Positions 10,174 to 21,477 of a stretch of 64,000 bases of DNA are shown in pieces (position 1 is the stretch's first letter; every line of letters begins with the position of its first letter). The notes under the pieces are model-generated. The model did not search any database. It worked only from the letters and a program-made list of their open reading frames with translations, and was not told the DNA's origin. The translations under genes were made by a program, and so were the position numbers. The stretch is from NCBI RefSeq assembly GCF_006345805.1, contig NC_043023.1:11098001-11162000 (forward strand), written 5' to 3'. This DNA comes from Octopus sinensis. Taxonomy: Eukaryota.

Positions 10174-11712
10174 ATGAGTGATTTTATTAAAGAGATGGCA
10201 AAAGGGAGAGGAAAACCATCATACCACTGCAAAAAGTCCTACTCTAAAAAAGGAAACGTTCCTACTCACAAACGTATTCATACACAGGAGAAACCACATC
10301 ACGGTGAAGCCTCTGATGAATCATTCCCTGCAAGTAGTTCCTTGACTAATGACAAAAGCCTGAACGCAGGCGAGAAAGCATATCACTGTGATATCTGTAG
10401 AGAGTCGTTCTCTCAAAATATTCACTTAACTATACACAAACGCATTCATACTGGGGAGAGACCACATCATTGTGAGATCTGCGGTTTGTGTTTCTCTCAA
10501 AAAAACAATTTAATTTATCATAAACGTACACATACAGGAGAAAAACCACATCACTGTGACATCTGTGGTAAATCATTCTCTCAGAAAAGTAACCTCACTA
10601 CCCATAAACGTACACATACAGGCGAAAAGCCATATCATTGTGATATTTGTGGTAAATCATTCTCTCAAAATGTTCAACTGACCAGACATAAACATATTCA
10701 TACAGGCGAAAAAGAATACCAGTGTGATATCTGTGGGAAATCATTCTCTCGAAATGGTCACTTAGCTAAACACAGATGTACTCATACAGGAGAGAAGCCA
10801 TATCACTGTGATATCTGTGGTTCACCATTCTCTCAGAAAAGTGAATTAACCAATCACAAACGCATTCATACAGGAGAGAAGCCATATCGTTGTAACATCT
10901 GTGGGAAAGCTTTTTCTGTAAGTTGTAATTTGAGTAAACACAGATATATCCATAAGGCAGAGAAACGATATCACTGTGATATTTGTGGTAAAGTATTTGC
11001 TTTAAACAGTAGGCTAATATCTCACAAACGTATTCACACAGGAGAAAAGCCATATCAATGCGATATCTGTGGTAAATCATTCTCTGAAAACGGCATCTTG
11101 ACTACACACAAACGCATTCATACAGGAGAGAGACCATATCATTGTGATATCTGTGGTAAATCATTCTTACAAAATTATCATTTAACCGTTCACAAACGCA
11201 TTCATACAGGAGAAAAACTATATCACTGCGATATCTGTGGTAAATCATTCTTCGAAGTGTACACCTTAACTGCTCACAAATGTATTCATACTGGAGAGAA
11301 GCCATATCATTGCGATATCTGTGGTAAATCATTCTCTCTTCGCGGGGAACTAACTAAACACATACGTACACATACAGGAGAGAAACCATTCCACTGTGAT
11401 ATCTGTGGTAAGTCATTCAGTGTAAGTAGCCACTTAACTAAACACAAACGCGTTCATACTGGGGAGAAGCCATATCACTGTGATATCTGTGGCAAGTCAT
11501 TCAGTGGAAGCAGTGACCTAATTAAGCACAAATACATTCATACAGGTGAGAAACCATATGTTTGTAATATCTGTGGTAGATCATTCTCTCAGTCAGGTCA
11601 CCTGGTTACTCACAAACAGATTCATACAGGTAGTCCGCGTGTTCACTGTGACATTTGTGGTAAATCATTGTCTCGAAAGAGTCAGTTAACCAGACACGGT
11701 TGTAAACGTTGA
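10174..11712 (+). CDS. C2H2 zinc-finger protein ZNF-A (15 complete fingers, 2 degenerate N-terminal, last finger truncated)
   Basis: ORF track 10156-11712 starts at TTG; first in-frame ATG is 10174. Tandem CxxC-x12-HxxxH units with TGEKPY linkers; ends ...LTRHGCKR*. Confidence 0.92.
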   Translation: MSDFIKEMAKGRGKPSYHCKKSYSKKGNVPTHKRIHTQEKPHHGEASDESFPASSSLTNDKSLNAGEKAYHCDICRESFSQNIHLTIHKRIHTGERPHHCEICGLCFSQKNNLIYHKRTHTGEKPHHCDICGKSFSQKSNLTTHKRTHTGEKPYHCDICGKSFSQNVQLTRHKHIHTGEKEYQCDICGKSFSRNGHLAKHRCTHTGEKPYHCDICGSPFSQKSELTNHKRIHTGEKPYRCNICGKAFSVSCNLSKHRYIHKAEKRYHCDICGKVFALNSRLISHKRIHTGEKPYQCDICGKSFSENGILTTHKRIHTGERPYHCDICGKSFLQNYHLTVHKRIHTGEKLYHCDICGKSFFEVYTLTAHKCIHTGEKPYHCDICGKSFSLRGELTKHIRTHTGEKPFHCDICGKSFSVSSHLTKHKRVHTGEKPYHCDICGKSFSGSSDLIKHKYIHTGEKPYVCNICGRSFSQSGHLVTHKQIHTGSPRVHCDICGKSLSRKSQLTRHGCKR

Positions 11713-11722
11713 CGAAAAAAGT

Positions 11723-11746
11723 TAACCCTAACCCTAACCCTAACCC
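11723..11746 (-). repeat. Interstitial telomeric repeat (TTAGGG)4
   Basis: Four perfect TAACCC units between the ZNF-A stop codon and the LINE fragment. Confidence 0.9.
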
Positions 11747-12275
11747 AAATTTGCCATCAAGATGTAAGACAAGATACTGTGATAGCCTGGGCTTCAGAGG
11801 CCCACAGCTCTTCAATATCCTCCCGAAGAACCTGAGAGACCTGCATGGGGTGGATGTAGGTCCCAAACTTTGGCATCAAGAGTTATAGAAATACTAGAAC
11901 TTGGCGCCACTGCATGGTGCCAAGGACTCCAAATTTGCCATCAAGATGTAGGACAAGATACTGTGATAGCCTGGGCTTCAGAGGCCCACAGCTCTTCAAT
12001 ATCCTCCCGAAGGCCCTGAGAGACCTACATGGGGTGGATGCAGATGTCTTTAAAATAAAACTGGATCTCTTCCTGTCAGGTGTCCCAGATGAACCAAGTT
12101 CACGGCAGGAGGTGCAGATGAGGGCAGCTGCATCGAACTCTCTCATGCACCAAATGGCAATTGCTGAAACGCATTCGTGAAGTAAAATCATGTAGCAACA
12201 CCAAATGGCGGTGCCCCAGCATGGCCACAGCTCGTGAGCTGAAGCTAGATGAAATAAAATAAAAAAATAAATAAA
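11745..12275 (+). mobile_element. CR1/L2-type LINE 3' end with internal duplication
   Basis: SLGFRGPQLFNILPKALRD..FKIKLDLFLSGVPDEP; 11745-11850 duplicated at 11928-12035; hairpin then (AAAAT)n tail. Confidence 0.8.
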
Positions 12276-12364
12276 ATAAGTATTTTTATTGTTTCAGTCT
12301 ATTCAGACTGTGGCCATTGGTCACAATCTTGAAGAATTCTTACTTGAATGAATCAAAGCAGTAT

Positions 12365-12965
12365 TTTGTCTGCCATTACGTTCTGAGTTCAAATTTCACC
12401 ATGGTCAACTTTGCCTTTCATCCTTTCAGGGTCGATAAATTAAGTACCAGTTACGCACTGGAGTCGATATATATTTCTTTATTGCCTGCAAGGGGCTAAA
12501 CATAGAGAGGACAAACAAGGACAGACAAAGTGATTAAGTCTATTACATCGGCCCCAGTGTGTAACTGGTACTCTATTTATCGACCCCGAAAGGATGAAAG
12601 GCAAAGTTGACCTCGGCGGAATTTGAACTCAGAACGTAACGGCAGACAAAATACGTCTACGCATATCGCCCGGCGTGCTAACGTTTCTGCCAGCTCGCCG
12701 CCTTAGTCGATATAATCGAGTTAATCCCTTTGTCCTTGTTTGTCCCCTCTATGTTTAGCCCCTTGTGAGCAAAAAAGAAATAGGTATTTCGTCTGCCATT
12801 ACATTCTGAGTACAAATTCCGCCGAGGTCGACTTTGCCTTTCATCCTTTCGGAATCGATAAATTAAGTACCAGTTACGCACTGGGGTCGATGTAATCGAC
12901 TTAATCCGTTTGTCTGTCCTTGCTTGTCCCCTCTGTGTTTAGCCCCTTGTGGGTAGTACAGAAAT
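12365..12965. mobile_element. SINE-2 cluster in alternating orientations, 3' of ZNF-A
   Basis: GGCGAGCTGGCAGAAACGTTAGC head; GAGTTCAAATTCC B-box-like motif; GACTTTGCCTTTCATCCTTTCGGGGTCGATAAATTAAGTACC core. Confidence 0.8.
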
Positions 12966-13069
12966 AAATATTTATGTTACCCATTATTTCATGTATCAGT
13001 TTGCTGTTATTTTTCAAGTTACTGTGGAGATGATTAGAGAATCCAGCCTAAGTGCTCAGCTATGTTCTC

Positions 13070-13247
13070 TCTCTTTCTCTTTTACTTGTTTCAGTCATTT
13101 GACTGTGGCCATGCTGGAGCACCACCTTTAATCGAGCAACTCGACCCTGGGACTTATTCTATCGGTCTCTTTTTGCCGAACCACTAAGTAACAGGGACGT
13201 AGCACACCAGCACCGGTTGTCAAGCAATGCTAGGGGGACAAACACAA

Positions 13248-13282
<35 letters not shown>

Positions 13283-13447
13283 CGATAGGCTTCTTTCAGT
13301 TTCCATCTACCAAATCCACTCACATGGCTTTGGTCGGCTGGAGGCTATAGTAGAAGACACTTTCCCAAGGTGCCATGCAGTGGGACTGAACCCAGAACCA
13401 TGTGGTTGGTAAGCAAGCTACTTACCACACAGCCACTCCTGCGCCTG
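13070..13447 (-). mobile_element. SINE-1 full copy
   Basis: Family consensus, reverse complement. Confidence 0.85.
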
Positions 13448-13508
13448 TTATTGTTTTTAATCAAGTATTTATTTTTGTTTTGATGTTTTCTTTTGTGATT
13501 GTACATTA

Positions 13509-13905
13509 CTTGTACTTGTGGCGACATTCACCCTGGGCGGGTTGAGTCGGCTTCTTCTACCATGGAAGAAGTTTCGTGGGAATATGTGGATTTCACAAGC
13601 GGTCCCCAACAATCCCGCATGTGGAGACATCCTGTTTGCCGCAAATTGTCTGCAGACGCAGGGACAGAACGACTGAGGAGCCGGCGGTTGCCGAAACAGA
13701 CACTCTGAGGATTTTCACCAGATGTGACCCTAATACCACTCGGTGTCAGACCAATACGCCTTGGGTGGCCCTACCAGGAACCGAAGTTCCCGGCGGCATA
13801 GCTCTGACACTACCCATTGCCAGCGTCCCCATGGTGAGGAGAGGATGTACATGAGCACAGTCGACCCCACTTTGTAAATCCATCACGGGACCGCCTGTTT
13901 TAGAG
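13509..13905. mobile_element. Unclassified repeat family X (GC-rich, (CAAGTA)n end), copy with an inverted segment
   Basis: 13555-13905 matches 34990-35270 directly; 13509-13553 is the reverse complement of 35385-35432. Partial copies at 14755-14990 and 15297-15432. Confidence 0.55.
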
Positions 13906-13983
13906 TTATTAAAAGGGGGGTTTATTAACCAAGGGAACAGAATTCATCAATTGATTAAACATGTATTTATTAAAATACATACA

Positions 13984-14352
13984 TAGGTGCAGGAGTGGTT
14001 GTGTGGTAAAAAGCTTGCTTACGAACCGCATGGTTCCGGGTTCAGTCCCACAGCGTGGCATCTTGGGCAAGTGTCTTCTAATATAGCCTCGGGCTGACCA
14101 GAGCCTTGTGAGTGGGTTTGGTAGACGGAAACTGAAAGAAGCCCGTTCTATATATATGTGTGTTTGTCCCCACCATATCGCTTGACAACCGATGCTGGTG
14201 TGTTTATGTCCCCGTAACTTAGTGGTTCGGCAAAAGAGACCGATAGAATAAGTACTAGGCTTACAAAGAATAAGTCCTGGGGTCGATTTGCTCGACTAAA
14301 GGTGGTGCTCCAGCATGGCCATAGTCAAATGACTGAAACAAGTAAAAGAGCA
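13984..14352 (+). mobile_element. SINE-1 full copy (partly duplicated at 15068-15296)
   Basis: Family consensus; the same upstream flank is present at both copies. Confidence 0.85.
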
Positions 14353-14394
14353 TGTGAAAACACAAATAAAAACATTATAAACAAGGTCCTCAAA

Positions 14395-15660
14395 TGAAAA
14401 ATTTGTTGAGCATCATTTGCTTTGCTGGATGCTTTATTCACAACTCTGCCTTGATTTTTCCCTTAAAAATTCTAAAAAGATCTGTGTCACTTTGAGTTAG
14501 AGAGTGTCTTATTTCAGCTGGTGTTGGAGGCTCCGGAACTCTTTCATCAACATCAACGTTGGAATCGCCATCTTCATCTCCTTCAGTTTCCTTCTCAGAT
14601 TGCCGAGTGTCGTGAATGATCTCATGTAGATTTTCTTCTTCGGTGGTTATATCTGGGTTAACCACAGCACCACCATCTATGGACAACCAGTTCTCGAATT
14701 GCGTTTTGGAGAATATATCACTTTAAGTTAGAGAGTGTCTCATTTCAGCTGGTGCTGGAGGACACAGACGCAGGGACAGAACGACCGAGGATCCGGCGGT
14801 TGCCGAAACAGACACTCTGAGGATTTTCACCAGAGCCCCGCCTTGGGTGGCCCTACCAAGAACCAAAGTTCCTGACCGCATAGCTCTGGCACTACCCATT
14901 GCCAGCGTCCCCACCACAGTGAGGAGGGGATGTACATGAGCACAGTCGACCCCACTTTGTAAATCCATCACGGGACCACCTGTTTTAGAATTATTAAAAG
15001 GGGGGTTTATTAACCAAGGGAACAGAATTCATCAATTGATTAAACATGTATTTATTAAAATACATACATAGGCGCAGGAGTGGCTGTGTGGTAAGTAGCT
15101 TGCTTACGAACCACATGGTTCCGGGTTCAGTCCCACTGCGTGGCATCTTGGACAAGTGTCTTCTACTATAGCCTCGGGCCAACCAGAGCCTTGTGAGTGG
15201 GTTTGGTAGACGGAAACTGAAAGAAGCCCATCGTATATATATGTGTGTTTGTCCCCACCATATCGCTTGACAACCGATGCTGGTGTGTTTACGTCCCTAC
15301 CAGGAACCAAAGTTCCTGACGGCATAGCTCTGGCACTACCCATTGCCAACGTCCCCACCACGGTGAGGAGGGGATGTACATGAGTACAGTCGACCCCACT
15401 TTGTAAATCCATCATGGGACCGCTTATTTTAGAGTGAAGGCAGGATTCTTCGGCTGAAACAAAACCATCTTTGATCCAACAATGTTTGATTGTCTGGCAA
15501 CAGACCTTCTTCCAGGCTACACTTAACATGTACACGCCATCCAAAATAGTGATCCGCTTTGCACCCTGTTTTTCTGCTGGTGAGTTGCTCTTTGGTACTA
15601 CCCACCATTTTTGGGGGGTGACTGACTTACTGATAAAACTTTTCCTTCAACAGAAAAGTT
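14395..15660 (-). pseudogene. pogo/Tigger-like transposase C-terminal relic, interrupted by insertions
   Basis: AWKKVCCQTIKHCWIKDGF (AW..V...TI..CW.KAGF motif) at about 15540-15470; acidic tract + PEPPTPAE and a KQ..L.KFF-like end at 14690-14395. Confidence 0.6.
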
Positions 15661-15827
15661 TTGGTTACTCTTTTACTTGTTTCAGTCATTTGACTGTGGC
15701 CATGCTGGAGTACCGCCTTTAGTTGAGCAAATCGACGCCAGGACTTATTCTTTGTAAGCCAAGTACTTATTTTATCGGTCTCTTTGGCTGAACCACTAAG
15801 TTACGGAGAAGTAAACACACCAACATG

Positions 15828-16223
15828 GCAAACAATTCATCAAGGTATCTTTTTACGTCATCCAAGGAATTGAAATTTTTACCATTAAGACTATTCTGCA
15901 GAGACCTGAATAAGTGGAAATCCAAAGGAGCAATGTCTGGTGAATATGGAGGGTGGGGTAACACATCCCAGCCGAGCTGCAGCAATTTTTGTCTGGTTCC
16001 CAAAGCATCAAGTGCCGAAAATGAACTTTCTTATCTTCCATTTTAAAGGTTTACAGAATTAACACAGGTTATAGGATCACAAACCTTCTTTCACGAAAAG
16101 ATAGCTTAAACTGTGCTCTAAATGGAGGTGTAGTAAAATCCTATTTTATGGACTCAACCATGTTCTAAAATAAGTCGAAAGGTAAGCTACTATAAATCGG
16201 CACAAACTTTCCAGACAACCCAA
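15828..16223 (-). mobile_element. Internally deleted mariner element
   Basis: 5' end TA|TTGGGTTGTCTGG at 16223; MEDKKVHFRHLMLW joined directly to LGWDVLPHPPYSPDIAPLDFHLF; 3' end cut by a SINE. Confidence 0.85.
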
Positions 16224-16437
16224 TACTTTCTAGTTATCAAGCTCTCAAACTTTTGCATTAAAATTCATGCATTTTTTCTGAAAAACAGGGGGAAATTTGC
16301 AGAAATTCAGGATTTGGGGTATCTTAAAATTTAGACGTGATGATAAAAAGTGGATTCCATTTTTGGATTCAGCATATTAAAAACCCTTCGAATCAAGTAA
16401 AAACATCAGTAAATTATCTACAGATCTTGTGGCCCAA

Positions 16438-16939
16438 ATCATCATCATCGTTTAGCGTCCACTTTCCATGCCAGCATGGGTTGGACGGTTCAACTGGGGT
16501 CTGGGAAGCCAGAAGGCTGCACCAAGCCCAGTCTGATCTGGCAATGTTTCTACAGCTGGATGCCCTTCCTAACGCCAACCACTCCGTGAGTGTAGTGGGT
16601 GCTTTTTTCATGCCACCGGCACAGGTGGCTGGCAAACGGCCATGATCGGATGATGCTTTTTACGTGCCACCGGCACAAGGCCGGTTGGAGCGGTGCTGAC
16701 AATGGCCACGTTCGGATGGTTCTCTTACGTGCCACCGGCACTGGTATCACTGCTGCAATTTCCATTGATGTTGATCGATTTCGATTCTCACTTGCCCCAA
16801 CAGGTCTTCACAAGTAGAGTTTTGTGTCCCAAGAAGGAAAGGTATGCATAAGTGGACTGGCTACATCCTATGTAGAGGCCACAGGTTATGGTCTCACTTG
16901 TCCTGCCGGGTCTTCTCACGCACAGCATACTTCCAAAGG
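16438..16939 (-). mobile_element. RTE-related non-autonomous retroposon
   Basis: (CAT)n tail on plus strand, CTGGATGCCCTTCCTAACGCCAAC motif, internal TTTACGTGCCACCGGCAC repeats. Confidence 0.7.
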
Positions 16940-17045
16940 TAAAAAAGCCTTCTTCAAAAAGGAACCAATGTTAACTTCTGTTGCACCAGGGATGCTGAAT
17001 TTCTTATGTTCTTTACAGAAAATGATGTGCTAGTGTAGGTGTGGT

Positions 17046-17646
17046 GAATCCTTTCGGTTTGAACGGCAGTTTTTTTTTAGGGGTGTCATATGAAATTGTC
17101 ACCCATAATTATGACCCTAGTATCGATCTATTGCATTTCAATCTGTTTTAGGGTTAGGGGTGGGGGGAAGGGTATCTTTTTTTCTTCAGAAATGTAAATA
17201 AACCCAATCTGTTTATTAAACGAGGGACATATTCATACGGCACAGAATGTTTTCACCTCAATAGACGTCATTGATTGGTTGAAATTGTCACCCATAATTA
17301 TGACCCTAGTATCAATCTATTGCATTTCAATCTGTTTTAGGGTTAGGGGTGGGGGGAAGGGTATCATTTTTTCTTCAGAAATGTAAAAAAAAACAATCTG
17401 TTTCTTAAATGAAGGACATATTCATACGGCACAGAATGTTTTCACCTCAATAGACGTCATTGATTGGTTGAAATTGCAGAAATTGAAGAAAAAAACAACA
17501 AATATCTTACAAACTATAGAATTTTCTTAAGAAAGCCAAGAGAAAAAGATGTTTTATAAACACATTCTAACAGTATCCGAAGTTTAAAAGTGTTTAGTTA
17601 CGTGGAAATTATTTAAAAAAAACTGCCGGTCAAACCGAAAAGATCC
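17046..17646. mobile_element. MITE with GGATCTTTTCGGTTTGAACGGCAG-type TIRs and internal tandem duplication
   Basis: Left (G)AATCCTTTCGGTTTGAACGGCAG, right CTGCCGGTCAAACCGAAAAGATCC; about 190-bp internal duplication. Related ends at 3086-3382 and 18474-18653. Confidence 0.7.
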
Positions 17647-17739
17647 GGTGTCACCATGTCACTGTAATTCATTCAATGAAGAAAAAAAAATTCCAATGAT
17701 TCCGGGATAGGAAGGGATACAGTTTCCTACCCTACCTAC

Positions 17740-18467
17740 AGACAACATCCTGTCACTAACCCTAACCCTCACCCTAACTCTAAATTTTAGCCTTTCGTTT
17801 TTTTTTCTTAATTGTTAAATTAATTTAAGGATAACAATTAAGAAAGAAAAAAACGAAAGCAATGGAAAATAATTTTAATCTATACTTACTTTACATTATC
17901 AAGCGATTACTGTTTCAATCTCATTCTGAGATTTAATTATGCTTACTGTTCGTTTTTCGACATCAGTGGCAGATGCCATTAGAAAAACTTATATCTATTT
18001 GCAAAGGAGCCTTCTCTTTCATCGCTACCTGGTGGTTACCGCCCGTTGACGAGGGACAAAAATCCCGAAACTAGTTTGAGCGTATCACTCAGGCTTGCGA
18101 GGAAGGGATGGCCTCCCTTTGCAAATACTCCAAGGACACAGATATTGTGTCTAAAGCCAGCTAGAGACGAAGATCTCTTGGGGCTATAAAGCTACAGTAA
18201 CACCCCCCCTCCCCAATGTGGTTAGCCATGATAAGATGGCTTCTATACTTTACATTATCGAGCGATTACTATTTCAATCTCATTCTGAGATTTAATTATG
18301 AATTTTAATCTAACAATTAAGAAAAAAAAGACGAAGGCAAAAACTCAAAACAAAAACAAAACGAATAATTTTAGACACACGCGTAACAATTAAATTAATT
18401 TAACAATTAAGAAAAAAAAACGAAAGGCTAAAATTGAGGGTTGGGGTTAGTGACAGGATGTTGTCTC
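17740..18467. mobile_element. TIR element with GACAACATCCTGTCACTAACC ends
   Basis: 17742-17790 is inverted at 18420-18467; internal duplicated segments. Confidence 0.5.
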
Positions 18468-18653
18468 AATAGAGGCCATAGATTGGTTAAAATTCGAAAA
18501 ATTAAACTACGTTAAACTTACAAATTACAATTTTCTCAAGAAACCCAAGAGAAAAAAGTTTTATTTTGACCCATTCTACTAGTATACGAAGTTTTAAAAT
18601 GTTTAGTTAACTAGAAATTGTGTTGAAAACTGCCGTTCAAAAGGAAAAGATCC

Positions 18654-19065
18654 GGCGATCTTTCGTCTCTAGTAGACCTTTCCGTCGATTTCCGTAAAAA
18701 AATTTTTTTTTTACATATGGGCTTGCGGGAACTTTTGAAGTAATGAGAGCGAAAGAGACTAAGAGAAAGCGATTGTATGACGAGGGAAGTTCTTCTGAAG
18801 TTACCGGGCATGGGAGCATTGATGTATATGTGTGTGTGTTTGATGGGGTGTGGGAGACAGACAGTATGTTGTGTAAGTGAAGTGCTTCTGTTAGTGTGTG
18901 TGAAGAGACAGAGTAATGTGTGAAAGAAAGAGATAACTGAAATTTTTACTCGGTGTATGTGTATATGTATGTATATTACTTCAAAAGTTCCCGCAAGCCC
19001 ATATGTAAAAAAAAAATTTTTTTACGGAAATCGACGGAAAGGTCTACTAGAGACGAAAGATCGCC
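18654..19065. mobile_element. MITE with about 90-bp TIRs (GGCGATCTTT) and 8-bp TSD, Merlin-like
   Basis: TSD AAAGATCC/AAAGATTC; near-identical copy at 50424-50845. Confidence 0.8.
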
Positions 19066-19079
19066 AAAGATTCAAATTT

Positions 19080-19250
19080 TATTTAATTTGTGTAAAAAAA
19101 TTATATATATTGTTTAAAAAAAAATTTTCTTTTATATGTATTCAGCCTTGAAATACAAATATGTAACGCGCATACGCGCAAGTCGTTGTAGGATCTACTA
19201 CTTACGACTAGCTAGCGCGAGTACGCGCACCTGGACCACTGTTCGCTAGG
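19080..19250. mobile_element. TACTACTAG-TIR MITE family, right-end fragment
   Basis: GTCGTTGTAGGATC.ACTACTTACGACTAGCTAGCGCG..GGACCACTGTTCGCTAG. Confidence 0.6.
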
Positions 19251-20007
19251 ATTACCGACAAAGTCGTCCTCGGTGGAAACTGAACACAAAACTTGAAACT
19301 AAATAATGCTTTTCTTGCCCCTTAAAATTCGGGGGAAAAGAACTCATTTTTACGTGAGATAAAGAAGTGTTTGAATCGCGAGTTACTTCCCGCAAAATTT
19401 CTTTTCATTCATTCCTTGCTATTGTTTGAAGCACTTTTTTATATATGTATATATATAATGGATCACATCTACGTAACAGTGGATATTTAGCGGAGATTTA
19501 ATTAAATGGACATTATTCTAATCAACCACGTAAAGAAATAGCTATATTCCCTGCTATTGTTCAATCCACATCTATATTTATTGAGTCATATCTGCTTCAC
19601 AACGGATATTTAGCGGAGTTCTAATTAAAAGTACATGATCGCTAATTAACTGCGAAAAGAAAGTCGTGACAACATTCATTATTACATTGATGTGAAAATA
19701 TAAATCAACGTCTACTGTAAAATTTAGTTCTTATGAAGCTGTCAGTGTCTGGATTGTCTTAAGATCTGATTATATGAACATATTGTGCACTGTCTTCCCC
19801 CTTATTGGGGCTTGATTAATAAGTAAGTATTGTTATAATATACATCTACATTGTAAGAGTCGTCTTACGAATATCTCTTAATGTTGGAGTGAACAGTGTG
19901 ATCGTTGTCTAAGATATAGAAAAACACCTAGGTCTCATAAAACTGGTAAACGTACACAAAACGAACAAACCGTTTCAGTCTCTGAGACCAAAACAATAAT
20001 TTATATT

Positions 20008-20909
20008 TCTTTACTACCCACAACGGGCTAAACATAGAGGGGACAAACAAGGACAGACAAAGGGATTAAGTCGATTACATGGGCCCCAGTGCGCAACTGG
20101 TACTTAATTTATCGACCCCGAAAGGATGACAGGCAAAGTCGACCTCGGCGGAATTTGAACTCAGAACGTAAAGACAGACGAAATACCTATTTCTTTACTA
20201 CCTACAAGGGGCTAAACATAGAGGGGACAAACAAGGACAGACAAAGGGATTAAGTCGATTACATGGGCCCCAGTGCGCAACTGGTACTTAATTTATCGAC
20301 CCCGAAAGGATGAAAGGCAAAGTCGACCTCGGCGGAATTTGAACTCAGAACGTAACGACAGACGAAATACCTATTTCTTTACTACCTACAAGGGGCTAAA
20401 CATAGAGGGGACAAACAAGGACAGACAAAGGGATTAAGTCGATTACATGGGCCCCAGTGCGCAACTGGTACTTAATTTATCGACCCCGAAAGGATGAAAG
20501 GCAAAGTCGACCTCGGCGGAATTTGAACTCGGAACGTAACGACAGACGAAATACTGCTACGAATTTCGCCCGGCGTGCTAACGTTTTTACCAGCCCGCCG
20601 CGAAAACAATAATATAAGTTCCATATAAGGTAGTAAGCTGGCAGAATCGTTAGCACGCTGGGCAAAATGCTGTGCGGTATTTCGTCCGCCGCTACGTTCT
20701 GAGTTCAAATTCCGCCGAGGTCGACTTTGCCTTTCATCCTTTCGGGGTCGATAAATTAAGTACCCCGTCTGTCTGTCCTTGTTTGTCCCCTCTGTGTTTA
20801 GCCCCTTGTGGGTAGTAAAGAAATAAGTATTTCGTTTGCCGTTACGTTCTCAGTTCAAATTCCACCGAGGTCGACTTTGCCTTTCATCTTTTCGGGGTCG
20901 ATAAAATAA
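20008..20909. mobile_element. SINE-2 minus trimer (20008-20601) head-to-head with a plus dimer (20630-20909)
   Basis: About 175-bp tandem units joined at GGTATTTCG. Confidence 0.85.
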
Positions 20910-21060
20910 GGGCATCCATCCTCAATTTTTTTTTTTTTTCGAAATTTCAAGTTTCATTTTATCAGTATGTATATGTATGAGTCCGCCAAGTTTGTTTTTT
21001 TATGTTAAATTCCCATATAATCGTAACCTACACACTCTGGGAGGTATTTATAGAAAATTT

Positions 21061-21333
21061 GGCATTCCTTCGATATAACTCGACAAAATCAAAACATTCC
21101 ACTTCGGATATTTCCGCGGGTTGTGGAGTACAGATATAACGAAATTATGCCAGCAATGTCTCATTTTTAACTTGAAGAAAAAAAGCCTTGCTTATTTGTT
21201 CTTAACCTGTTTCATGTGTGTATGTAAAATCCGTAAATTTCCAAGCAGAAAACAGAATTGAACTGTCATTTGCTTCCACGGAAATACCCGAAGTGAAGTG
21301 TTTTGATTTTGTCGAATCATATCGAAAGAATGC
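21061..21333. mobile_element. MITE-like element with about 60-bp imperfect TIRs (GGCATTC..)
   Basis: 21061-21120 is inverted at 21270-21333; a half copy lies at 34424-34520. Confidence 0.5.
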
Positions 21334-21477
21334 CGCAATTTTCGTTAGAAAATACTTATTTTACTAAAAGTTATAATGAAACGAAGCCGTGTGAATTTTC
21401 CGAGACTCTTCTCTCCACCCTCGCAATTTTTTTTTTAATTCACAACAAATTCTAATATAATCCGAATCTACAACATC

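Noticed and set aside
20008-20601. Regularly spaced repeats resembling a CRISPR array (also 3548-4170, 37680-38210, 56208-56782)
   Set aside because: The units are whole 170-185-bp SINE segments with no unique spacers; the DNA is eukaryotic and has no cas genes.
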